From positions 1 through 34,179 of IMG/VR virus record IMGVR_UViG_3300025270_000040: a DNA stretch of 34,179 nt; one strand, written 5' to 3'. Positions within the stretch are counted from its first letter, which is position 1, and every line of letters begins with the position of its first letter. Source of the DNA: a virus (Duplodnaviria > Caudoviricetes). Positions 1 to 7,127 of the stretch are shown piece by piece. The position numbers and the translations under genes were made by a program. The notes under the pieces were generated by a model that saw only the letters and a list, made by a program, of their open reading frames with translations, did no database searches and was not told the DNA's origin.

Positions 1-2
1 GA

Positions 3-98
3 GAGAACCAATCAACCATCAACAGCAACGCCTATGAGGGGCGTTACGAAGGCTGGGCGGCTTACCTGCGAAATAGGGGGGTCGAAGGCTACGCATAG
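3..98 (+). CDS. 3' end of a gene truncated by the window edge (…ENQSTINSNAYEGRYEGWAAYLRNRGVEGYA*)
   Basis: Frame open from position 3 to TAG 96-98 (translated by hand); same orientation as the downstream early genes. Confidence 0.5.
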   Translation, partial: ENQSTINSNAYEGRYEGWAAYLRNRGVEGYA

Positions 99-120
99 CC
101 AGCGGCTAACGCTACCGGAC

Positions 121-157
121 GGCCCGCCTTTGCGCGGGCCTTCTGGGTAGAGGAACC
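121..157 (+). repeat. Intergenic hairpin plus 17-mer TTCTGGGTAGAGGAACC, copy 1
   Basis: Stem GGCCCGC/GCGGGCC (121-140) followed by the 17-mer at 141-157, identical to 2619-2635. Confidence 0.8.
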
Positions 158-182
158 GACAACCTAACTGGAGACCGAACCG

Positions 183-2573
183 ATGACCACGACCACCTTA
201 ATTGACCTTGGCCTGACCTGGGCAACGAAAACCCTCAGAGATGGCCGCGTAATTCGATCCGCTCCAGCAACGGAGGCGTTCTGGAAGCTGTGGCGAGCCT
301 CGAAATCCTCAGTCAAAGGGGCCGGGTATGGCGTGAGCGAGTATCCGAAGGGGAGCGGTAACTGGGTCGTCACCGACTGGAACGACCGGCGCGACTCCGC
401 CGAGCTTTCTGCCAATGCCGACCGCATAGCCGCCTCCCGCAACGTGACGCCCTCTGCCGGGTTTTCGGCACCCTCCCCAGAGGGTTGGGACTACTACCCC
501 TACCAGCTCGCCGGAATCGAGTTCTTGGTTAAACACGCGACCGAGTCGTGCTTGATTGGGGATCCAATGGGCACCGGGAAATCCATAATCTGCGCTGGTG
601 TTCTGAATGTAGAGCGGCCCTCGAAGGTTCTCATCATCTGCCCGAATACAGTCAAAATTAATTGGTTTCGGGAGCTGTCCCGCTGGCTCGTCGTTCCGCG
701 TCGGATTGACCTGGTCAACGGTACCAGCCAGATCCCAGGAATTGACCGGGCGAACCAACTGCAAAGCATCCCCAAGAATCCCGACATCATCATCATCCAC
801 TACGACGCTCTCTCAAAGCATCAAGACGCCATCCACCGAATCCGGTGGGGCTGCGTCATCATGGACGAGGGCCACTATCTGAAAACCCCAGACAGCGCAC
901 GCAGCAAAGTAGCCCTGGCTATCAAGGCTGACCGAAGGCTCATTCTTACAGGAACGCCGCTTCCGAATAGACCCCGAGAGATCCAACCGCTCGCCGGGTA
1001 TCTCGACCCTGAGAATTTCGGAGATGCCTGGGGCTTCAAATACCGATATTGCGATCCCCAGAAAAACCGCTGGGGCACGACCTTCGACGGAGCTACCAAC
1101 ATGGCGGAACTCCAAGACCGCCTCCGTAGCACCATCATGCTCCGCCGTGATAAGGCCGCTGTCCTCCCCGACCTTCCCCCGAAGATTCGCCAGGTGCTCG
1201 TCCTCGATCCATCGAAATACTCGAAGGTTCTGAAAGCCGAAGCACAATACGATTCCCTCGGAGAAGCCCTGAAGGATATGGACTCGAACTCAGCCGAGTT
1301 CGAGGAAATGTCCAAGGTACGCCATGAGACCGGGCTGGCGAAGGTGGATGATGTCGTGGAACATCTTCTGGGAACTGATGAAGCTGTGGTCGTGTTTGCC
1401 CACCATCAAGATGTGATCGAAAACATTACGCAAGCCCTTATCGACGCAGGGCGAACCGCTGTTAGTGTCAGCGGCCCCGACTCAATTGATAAGCGACAGC
1501 AAGCCATCGACGCATTCCAGAATGGCGAGGTGCAATACTTCGTCGGATCGATCTCCACAACGGGCGAAGGAATCACCCTGACGCGGGCCTCGCATTGCCT
1601 GTTCGCAGAGATAGATTTCGTGCCAGGACGTTTGCGACAATGTGAGGATCGCCTCTGTCGTATAGGCCAGCAGTCCAAGGTTCTCGTCCAGCACATTGTG
1701 GTCAGCGGTTCATTGGACGGGCGCATGATCGAGCATCTGGTAGAAAAACAGGCGGTCATTGATGCGGCCTTAGATGCTGAAACACCGCAGAAAGAGCCGC
1801 GCAATGTGGGGAGCTTGCCCAGCGTCCACGACGCTGGCTCAGATCCGATTCGGAGCCTGGAGGAAATCGCCGCCGAGATGCCCACGACCGCCAGCCTTGC
1901 GAACCTCGTCACGGCTGTGACTGAGGCCAATGTATACCTCCAAGCCGAAGGGCTGACCATCTATGCGGCCTCGAAGCACTCCACGAACCCCGGTTGTCTT
2001 TATGTGAAAAATGCCAAGGACGAGTATCAGGGCAAGGTCACCCCCGACGGTGAGTTCCGCGCTTCCCGTGACGCGCACCGCTCGACCGCCTCTAAGCTGG
2101 CCTTAGTCAACGCGGACACCGAAGCCTATATGAAAGCCAACGCGGAGCGGATCGCTGATCTCAGCGCCTCCCAGAGAGACGCGAAGCCGCACAGCTTCGA
2201 CGACTACCGGGGGACGGTCACCGACATTGACCTCACGAACCTACCGAATGGCCTCTATGCGGTCCCTCAAGGCGACAGCCGCCTGAAGGTGCGCATTAGC
2301 CGAGGGCGTCAGGGCGGGAAGTGGGCCGGAACCATCTTCGTTGAGGATGCCGCAGTCTACGGACAGCGCCAACGGTACGGGATGCAACGCCTAGAGGAGA
2401 CTTACCAGGGGGGCATCGCTGACCCGCTGCGAGCTATCCTGGCTGACCCCTTCGAGGCGAGCAAGGAGTACGGGCGATTGACATCCACATGCGGCGTGTG
2501 CGGCAAGGCGCTCGAAGATGAGATAAGCGTGGCGAACGGCATCGGGCCGATCTGCGCGGGGAAATTCGGGTAG
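183..2573 (+). CDS. SNF2/SWI2-family helicase-like ATPase with C-terminal DUF6011-like Zn finger
   Basis: Motifs YPYQ, GDPMGTGKS (Walker A), DEGH, LTGTP, GEGITLT, QCEDRLCRIGQ; C-terminal CGVCGKALED…GIGPIC; GGAG RBS upstream. Confidence 0.9.
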   Translation: MTTTTLIDLGLTWATKTLRDGRVIRSAPATEAFWKLWRASKSSVKGAGYGVSEYPKGSGNWVVTDWNDRRDSAELSANADRIAASRNVTPSAGFSAPSPEGWDYYPYQLAGIEFLVKHATESCLIGDPMGTGKSIICAGVLNVERPSKVLIICPNTVKINWFRELSRWLVVPRRIDLVNGTSQIPGIDRANQLQSIPKNPDIIIIHYDALSKHQDAIHRIRWGCVIMDEGHYLKTPDSARSKVALAIKADRRLILTGTPLPNRPREIQPLAGYLDPENFGDAWGFKYRYCDPQKNRWGTTFDGATNMAELQDRLRSTIMLRRDKAAVLPDLPPKIRQVLVLDPSKYSKVLKAEAQYDSLGEALKDMDSNSAEFEEMSKVRHETGLAKVDDVVEHLLGTDEAVVVFAHHQDVIENITQALIDAGRTAVSVSGPDSIDKRQQAIDAFQNGEVQYFVGSISTTGEGITLTRASHCLFAEIDFVPGRLRQCEDRLCRIGQQSKVLVQHIVVSGSLDGRMIEHLVEKQAVIDAALDAETPQKEPRNVGSLPSVHDAGSDPIRSLEEIAAEMPTTASLANLVTAVTEANVYLQAEGLTIYAASKHSTNPGCLYVKNAKDEYQGKVTPDGEFRASRDAHRSTASKLALVNADTEAYMKANAERIADLSASQRDAKPHSFDDYRGTVTDIDLTNLPNGLYAVPQGDSRLKVRISRGRQGGKWAGTIFVEDAAVYGQRQRYGMQRLEETYQGGIADPLRAILADPFEASKEYGRLTSTCGVCGKALEDEISVANGIGPICAGKFG

Positions 2574-2593
2574 ACCCTAGCCACATATCCGCC

Positions 2594-2635
2594 CCCAGAA
2601 CCCGGCCTAGCGTCGGGTTTCTGGGTAGAGGAACC
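2594..2635 (+). repeat. Intergenic hairpin plus 17-mer TTCTGGGTAGAGGAACC, copy 2
   Basis: CCCAGAACCCG/CGGGTTTCTGGG stem with one bulge; 17-mer at 2619-2635. Confidence 0.8.
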
Positions 2636-2663
2636 TATCAATCAGCAGAGGAGACCTAGACCA

Positions 2664-3134
2664 ATGGTTAACATAATCGAAGCACTGACCGCTTTTGTGA
2701 ATAAAGGCCCAGGATTAGAGTTCTGGGATTATCGTGACGTTAAGGCATACCGCAAAGCATCACGCCGCATAACTAAGCAACTGCACGACTTTCGGGCGCT
2801 GGCTTCCAGGGTAGTGGGAACGGCGGCTATAGATTCGCCAATCACCGAGGACGACCTGCTGGAAGCGTCCCGGAATGCGTTCTCTGGGAGGCTGACGCTT
2901 ATCAAGAACGTCGAGGATGGCACCTATAAGGTTGACTACTGCACCGGGCAGTATTGGTGCGTTGAGTATCGTGCGGCGGCTTGCGCGGTATTAGCCGAGG
3001 CGCTGCGAATGTTCTGGAACGAAGACAACCCCAGAGAATACGGCGACGGGCACGATATGACCCCGAACGATTGGTTGGTAAACCAAGCGCGCCTAGCAAT
3101 GGGTCGCGGCATTGCTGACCGTTGGTTTCGATAA
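2664..3134 (+). CDS. Hypothetical phage protein (AFSGRL…YCTGQYW motif)
   Basis: 156-aa ORF with strong GAGGAG RBS. Confidence 0.8.
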   Translation: MVNIIEALTAFVNKGPGLEFWDYRDVKAYRKASRRITKQLHDFRALASRVVGTAAIDSPITEDDLLEASRNAFSGRLTLIKNVEDGTYKVDYCTGQYWCVEYRAAACAVLAEALRMFWNEDNPREYGDGHDMTPNDWLVNQARLAMGRGIADRWFR

Positions 3135-3136
3135 GT

Positions 3137-3204
3137 TCCAACTGATGAGGTGCGGGTGGTCCCCGCGCCGAAACCCCGGCGGAGGCGGGGGTCTTGGATA
3201 ACCA
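3137..3204 (+). ncRNA. Type I hammerhead ribozyme
   Basis: Stem I TCCAA(3137-41)/TTGGA(3194-98); core CTGATGA (3142-48); stem II GGTGCGGG/CCCGCGCC with loop TGGTC; GAAA (3170-73); stem III CCCC…GGGG; GTC cleavage triplet 3191-93; loop II TGGT can pair with ACCA 3201-04. Confidence 0.92.
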
Positions 3205-3219
3205 AACGAGGACTGACCA

Positions 3220-3432
3220 ATGACCGACCAGGAACTAGAACGAATGAGCGGCGAGTGCGCTGTAACCTATGCGCTTGCGCAAGCAATCACGGCGATCAGC
3301 CACGATAAGGCTATGGAATTCGCCGACCTTGCATCTACAATCGCCGATAAGTGCGGCATGAGCGTCGCAGACCTTCGGCGCTGCGGCAATGACGCAAAGC
3401 AAGCTATCGACGCGGAGGTGCCGCAATGCTAA
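3220..3432 (+). CDS. Small hypothetical protein
   Basis: 70-aa ORF with GAGGA RBS directly after the ribozyme. Confidence 0.75.
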   Translation: MTDQELERMSGECAVTYALAQAITAISHDKAMEFADLASTIADKCGMSVADLRRCGNDAKQAIDAEVPQC

Positions 3433-3614
3433 CCACCACCGCCATCTTGATATGCCTATACCTGGCCGTCTGTTTGGCCGTCCTGGCCGTGATCGTCGCG
3501 GCTTCGAGGAATTCCCGCTCGCCCTGGCTTCCGCTTTGGGTGCTACTCATCGGGGTTCTGATCGTGATGCTCGGCGGCTGGATGGAATTCGCCGCGCATC
3601 CCTGGACCGTCTAA
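3426..3614 (+). CDS. Small two-TM membrane protein
   Basis: Two hydrophobic stretches separated by SRNSRSP; GGAGGT RBS; overlaps the previous gene. Confidence 0.7.
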   Translation: MLTTTAILICLYLAVCLAVLAVIVAASRNSRSPWLPLWVLLIGVLIVMLGGWMEFAAHPWTV

Positions 3615-3635
3615 CCCAGACCGCTCGACCGACTC

Positions 3636-3662
3636 AGCGGGGCTTCGGCCCCGCTTTTCTTT
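3636..3662 (+). terminator. Rho-independent terminator
   Basis: AGCGGGGC-TTCG-GCCCCGCT perfect stem with cUUCGg loop, then TTTCTTT. Confidence 0.9.
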
Positions 3663-3667
3663 GCCCG

Positions 3668-3770
3668 CCCTCAGACTCTCAAGCTCTCAAGCTCTCAAGC
3701 TCTCAGACTCTCAAGCTCTCAAGCTCTCAGATTCTCTAGCTCTCAAGCTCTCAAGCTGCTGATTCTCAAG
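3668..3770. repeat. Tandem array of about 12 copies of 8-bp CTCTCAAG/CTCTCAGA
   Basis: Eleven units in 8-bp register from 3668 to 3755, plus TTCTCAAG at 3763-3770. Confidence 0.95.
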
Positions 3771-3830
3771 AACTTAAACTATCATTCTCCACCCTATATA
3801 TATGAGAGAATGTGTTCTTGAGTGTCAGTG

Positions 3831-3859
3831 TTGCGTTGACCAGAAAAAGGGTGTACAGT
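3831..3859 (+). promoter_or_regulatory. Putative sigma70-type promoter
   Basis: TTGCGT-17 bp-TACAGT, upstream of GAGGA RBS and ATG 3896, just after a terminator. Confidence 0.6.
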
Positions 3860-3895
3860 CCGCATTCTGGATAGGCGAACCGAGGAATTAGACCA

Positions 3896-4606
3896 ATGAC
3901 CAAACAGCAACGTCAGATCGTTCGAGAATTCATCGAACTGCACAACAGCAAGGTCAGCACTCATCTGCGCTCGCTCGGCCTTCTCAACAACAACGGCACC
4001 CTCCCCAGTGGTGAGGGCGCTCAGATCAACCTGGAGCGATGGTTCTTCGATGTCATCAATTCTGATAATTACACCCTCCGCGTCACCGACGCTGGAAACG
4101 TAGAAGCGTATTTGGAAATAGGCAGCTTCTATAGTCACAGCGGCAACCCGGTGATCTTCGAGTTCGATGCCGCCGCATGGCCTTCTCTATTCGAGGAGGC
4201 CGTGTTGGTTTCGGTTGAGAAGGGCGTGGTCAGTAGGCCGGATGTCTTCATCGAACCGCACATCATGGTTGATATTTGCGGTGACAGCCTAGCCGCGTCT
4301 TATGAAGACCTTTTTATCAACGATGACCTCGGCGCAATCGCCGATCTCCCCGGCATGACAAATGCCCTGCAAGTATTCATTTGGAAGTTGATCGATGCGG
4401 AGCAAGACAGTCTGATAAAGGCTGTCCTCCAGTACGCGGGTGATCTCGTCAATTTCGACGAGGATGGCAACGTCACGCCAGAATCCCGAATAGAGGTAGC
4501 CGAGTGGCTTGAAAAAAACGATGACAAGAACGATGACAAGAACGAGGCCACGATTGAGCTAAAAAAAGGTCTCGGTAGAATCATCGAGTCGGGGGTGGTG
4601 GGATGA
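3896..4606 (+). CDS. Hypothetical protein, paralogue of 13406..14506
   Basis: Shares FIxxH…HLxSLGLL, WF..xI and EPxIxxDICG…xLF…DxGx..xPG blocks with the 366-aa ORF. Confidence 0.85.
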   Translation: MTKQQRQIVREFIELHNSKVSTHLRSLGLLNNNGTLPSGEGAQINLERWFFDVINSDNYTLRVTDAGNVEAYLEIGSFYSHSGNPVIFEFDAAAWPSLFEEAVLVSVEKGVVSRPDVFIEPHIMVDICGDSLAASYEDLFINDDLGAIADLPGMTNALQVFIWKLIDAEQDSLIKAVLQYAGDLVNFDEDGNVTPESRIEVAEWLEKNDDKNDDKNEATIELKKGLGRIIESGVVG

Positions 4607-4962
4607 GATACGACTACTGCCTGTTAGCTGTGGATGGTGACTGTTCAGCGGGTGCAATGGCTGACAAGAATTCTGTTTTACCCGTTCAGAAAAGGCACCT
4701 AAAGGCTGTCGCTAAGTTCTTGAGAGCCGATCTTGAGTGGTCTCTCGCTGTTGCTCTCGATGACATCAACTATTCAGAAGGCTACCGAGACCCTAGATTC
4801 ACCGCTGTAAGTAAAACATCGTGGCGGTTGCGAGAGCTAGGGGTGTTCCACCACAAATGGCATGCAAGAACCGAGTGGATTCTGGTGGAACGCGATTGCC
4901 TGGAAGCTGGGAGTCATGGCAACGATTGGCAGTACGCGGAGCGTCAGGAGGAAGCGGCATGA
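4603..4962 (+). CDS. Hypothetical protein
   Basis: ATGA overlap with the upstream gene. Confidence 0.7.
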   Translation: MRYDYCLLAVDGDCSAGAMADKNSVLPVQKRHLKAVAKFLRADLEWSLAVALDDINYSEGYRDPRFTAVSKTSWRLRELGVFHHKWHARTEWILVERDCLEAGSHGNDWQYAERQEEAA

Positions 4963-5339
4963 GATATCACATTAACCAAGATTCTCTGGGCGAAACCTCC
5001 GAATTTCAGGCCGAGGCGTTTGCGGCAGCAGTGCAGAAATCGTTGCCGAGAGTTGAAATCATCCTCTGTGAAGAGGGCCAGCCCCAATCCAATACTGAAG
5101 AAGCGGAGAATCTCTGCGAATCAGAGGTGAGCCGCATTTGGGATTCGATGGAATGGTTCAGGCGAGAAGGGGCTGGCAGCGTGACCATCAACCGCAACTC
5201 TCAGGGTGGCTGGACTGTGCGCTGGCCCTCAGCCGAGAACCCTGGCTTATCTCACGAAAAACATTTCACCCCGGCAGTCGGTTATCGATGCCGGGAAGAG
5301 GCCATTTCATTCGCTAAGTCTAAAAGAGAGCAACACTAA
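4959..5339 (+). CDS. Hypothetical protein (start revised to ATG 4959)
   Basis: GGAGG RBS and ATGA overlap at 4959-4962. Confidence 0.7.
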   Translation: MRYHINQDSLGETSEFQAEAFAAAVQKSLPRVEIILCEEGQPQSNTEEAENLCESEVSRIWDSMEWFRREGAGSVTINRNSQGGWTVRWPSAENPGLSHEKHFTPAVGYRCREEAISFAKSKREQH

Positions 5340-5563
5340 TGAAAACCATCACTCTGATTCTCACCGACGAGGAGATCGAACAACTCACCACCCTGGTGCA
5401 ATTTATGGTGCGCGACATTGAGGACGATCTTCACAACGAACCAGATAATTCTCTGTCTGGTGTGAGCGCGTACTTTTTGAGCAATGCCTTCAGGTTGGTT
5501 GGCAACTTGTCAAAAAAGATATCCGCTGCTGCGAAAAAAGCGAACGAAGGGGGTGAGGTATGA
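5339..5563 (+). CDS. Hypothetical protein
   Basis: TAATG stop/start coupling. Confidence 0.7.
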   Translation: MKTITLILTDEEIEQLTTLVQFMVRDIEDDLHNEPDNSLSGVSAYFLSNAFRLVGNLSKKISAAAKKANEGGEV

Positions 5564-5739
5564 AATACATTCCATTCGCGCTCGTTGCTTGCGGTTACCT
5601 GTGGGTTTCTAACGGATCGTATTCTGACGAAATAGCGGCACAAAAACATTACTGCTCTATGCTGGCTATTTATGAGTCCAGCGAGGGTCAGCATGGCTGG
5701 CCTAATTTCAAACAACTAGATTGTAAAAAGGGGAACTGA
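5560..5739 (+). CDS. 59-aa exported/membrane-anchored protein (MKYIPFALVACGYLWV…HYCSM…GWPNF…DC), absent from the ORF track
   Basis: GAGGT RBS, ATGA overlap, stop 1 nt before the next ATG; hydrophobic N-terminus and a Cys pair. Confidence 0.75.
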   Translation: MKYIPFALVACGYLWVSNGSYSDEIAAQKHYCSMLAIYESSEGQHGWPNFKQLDCKKGN

Positions 5740-5740
5740 G

Positions 5741-6076
5741 ATGACCAAAAAAAACACTGTTGAACTGGACGCTTCGTTACAAGCGAATAAAAAGCTGGCT
5801 GAAAACTGGCTCTGGAATCCTTCTCTGATAGCTGATGTTACACACGCAGTGTCTCAGACGATTGGATGCCGACAGACGGTTCAAAGCGAGGACTTCCACC
5901 ATCTGACTTGGTGCTGTTCAGACGGTAAGAGTGATGTGATGGTTGAAATTCGTGACGGCACGCAATCTCTGCTCATGAACACTGACCGCTACAGGAGCCA
6001 CCAGGAAAATTTCGCCCTGGAAGGCATTGCCGCGAGGTATGGGCTTCAGCTTGGAGAGTTCACCGATGATTGTTAA
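5741..6076 (+). CDS. Hypothetical protein
   Basis: 111-aa ORF within the operon, purine-rich RBS. Confidence 0.7.
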   Translation: MTKKNTVELDASLQANKKLAENWLWNPSLIADVTHAVSQTIGCRQTVQSEDFHHLTWCCSDGKSDVMVEIRDGTQSLLMNTDRYRSHQENFALEGIAARYGLQLGEFTDDC

Positions 6077-6115
6077 GTCTCTGTTGAAGAAGTTGGGGGG
6101 AGAAAGGGGAAAATA

Positions 6116-6364
6116 ATGGGATGTTGGGTAATGCCAGAAACGCAATCTGATCGAGATCAGGTGGATGAAATCCTGAGCAAGCCCCTCCCTTGCGGGAAGG
6201 ATGGTCAGAACGCAATGGACGCAATCTCTAACCTAATCGGTGATGACAAGCTCTGTGATGACATCATTGGGCTAGCGGCAAGAAACCCGCGCTACACAGA
6301 GAATTTTCTGATATTGGAAAAACTGCGCGAGTGGCATGAGAGAGCGTTGGGAAAAGGTCACTGA
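6116..6364 (+). CDS. Hypothetical protein (start 6116 or 6131)
   Basis: ORF with G-rich RBS upstream. Confidence 0.65.
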   Translation: MGCWVMPETQSDRDQVDEILSKPLPCGKDGQNAMDAISNLIGDDKLCDDIIGLAARNPRYTENFLILEKLREWHERALGKGH

Positions 6365-6382
6365 AACGGGCAAAGATAAATA

Positions 6383-6673
6383 ATGAGCAAAGATAAGAAT
6401 CAGAACGAAGAAGCACACGCTTTTTCTTTCGCGGTCATCACAGAAGAAGTGGTCCGGCTAAAGGCTCTTCAGATCGTGATTCACAATGAAGACAGGATTG
6501 ACCTACAAAAAATCATGTCCACGGTAGCAAGGCATTACATCGTGCAAGCCTTGGATAGAGCTAGAGGAAACAAGTCTCAGGCTGCAAAAATGCTTGGTTT
6601 ACCGAGCTACCAGACACTGGACAACTGGATGAAAAAGCATGAGGTCGTTATTTTCGCTGGCTCGGACTCATGA
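6383..6673 (+). CDS. Stand-alone Fis-type helix-turn-helix protein
   Basis: YIVQALDRARGNKSQAAKMLGL matches the Fis/NtrC C-terminal HTH pattern; no AAA+ or receiver domain. Confidence 0.85.
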   Translation: MSKDKNQNEEAHAFSFAVITEEVVRLKALQIVIHNEDRIDLQKIMSTVARHYIVQALDRARGNKSQAAKMLGLPSYQTLDNWMKKHEVVIFAGSDS

Positions 6674-6704
6674 AGGAGATGAGGGCAGCACATAGCGAAG
6701 ACAG

Positions 6705-6742
6705 AACGGTATCACCGTTGGCCCCGTCCGACCGGACGGGGT
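6705..6742. other. Two adjacent intergenic hairpins
   Basis: AACGGT-ATC-ACCGTT (6705-6719) and CCCCGTCC-GACC-GGACGGGG (6722-6741); no U-tract. Confidence 0.6.
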
Positions 6743-6769
6743 TCCATATTCACTTTACAAGGACATCAA

Positions 6770-7048
6770 ATGAAAGACCCAGATGATCGGATGATTACCG
6801 AAGAAAATAATTCTTATGCGTGGGAAGCCCACCAGCATCTTGAGGAGCGACAACGATCAGAGGAGGAACGTTCTAGCCTCAGAGAACTCACTGAACGGCT
6901 TGGACAGGCAATAGCTATTCTCAACGTGCTGGACCCGCAAGTTCTCAAGCTCCGAAAACAGCTTATTCGACTTCGGGATGACCTCAAAAAAGAAAACCTG
7001 AAGCTAGGTCAGCGAGCAGTTGATGCTGCTAGAAAGGCTGGTCTTTGA
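6770..7048 (+). CDS. Hypothetical coiled-coil protein
   Basis: AAGGA RBS; Leu/Arg/Glu heptad pattern. Confidence 0.7.
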   Translation: MKDPDDRMITEENNSYAWEAHQHLEERQRSEEERSSLRELTERLGQAIAILNVLDPQVLKLRKQLIRLRDDLKKENLKLGQRAVDAARKAGL

Positions 7049-7069
7049 GGGCTTTACAACTCTCTAGGT

Positions 7070-7127
7070 TTTGAGACTCTATTCTCAAGATTTCAAACTG
7101 TTTTGACTTTGAGACTCTATTCTCAAG
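7070..7127. repeat. Two identical 20-bp direct repeats, each containing the palindrome TTGAGA-N6-TCTCAA
   Basis: TTTGAGACTCTATTCTCAAG at 7070-7089 and 7108-7127, in a convergent gene junction. Confidence 0.9.

Noticed and set aside
3668-3770. CRISPR array
   Set aside because: 8-bp head-to-tail units with no unique spacers and no cas operon.
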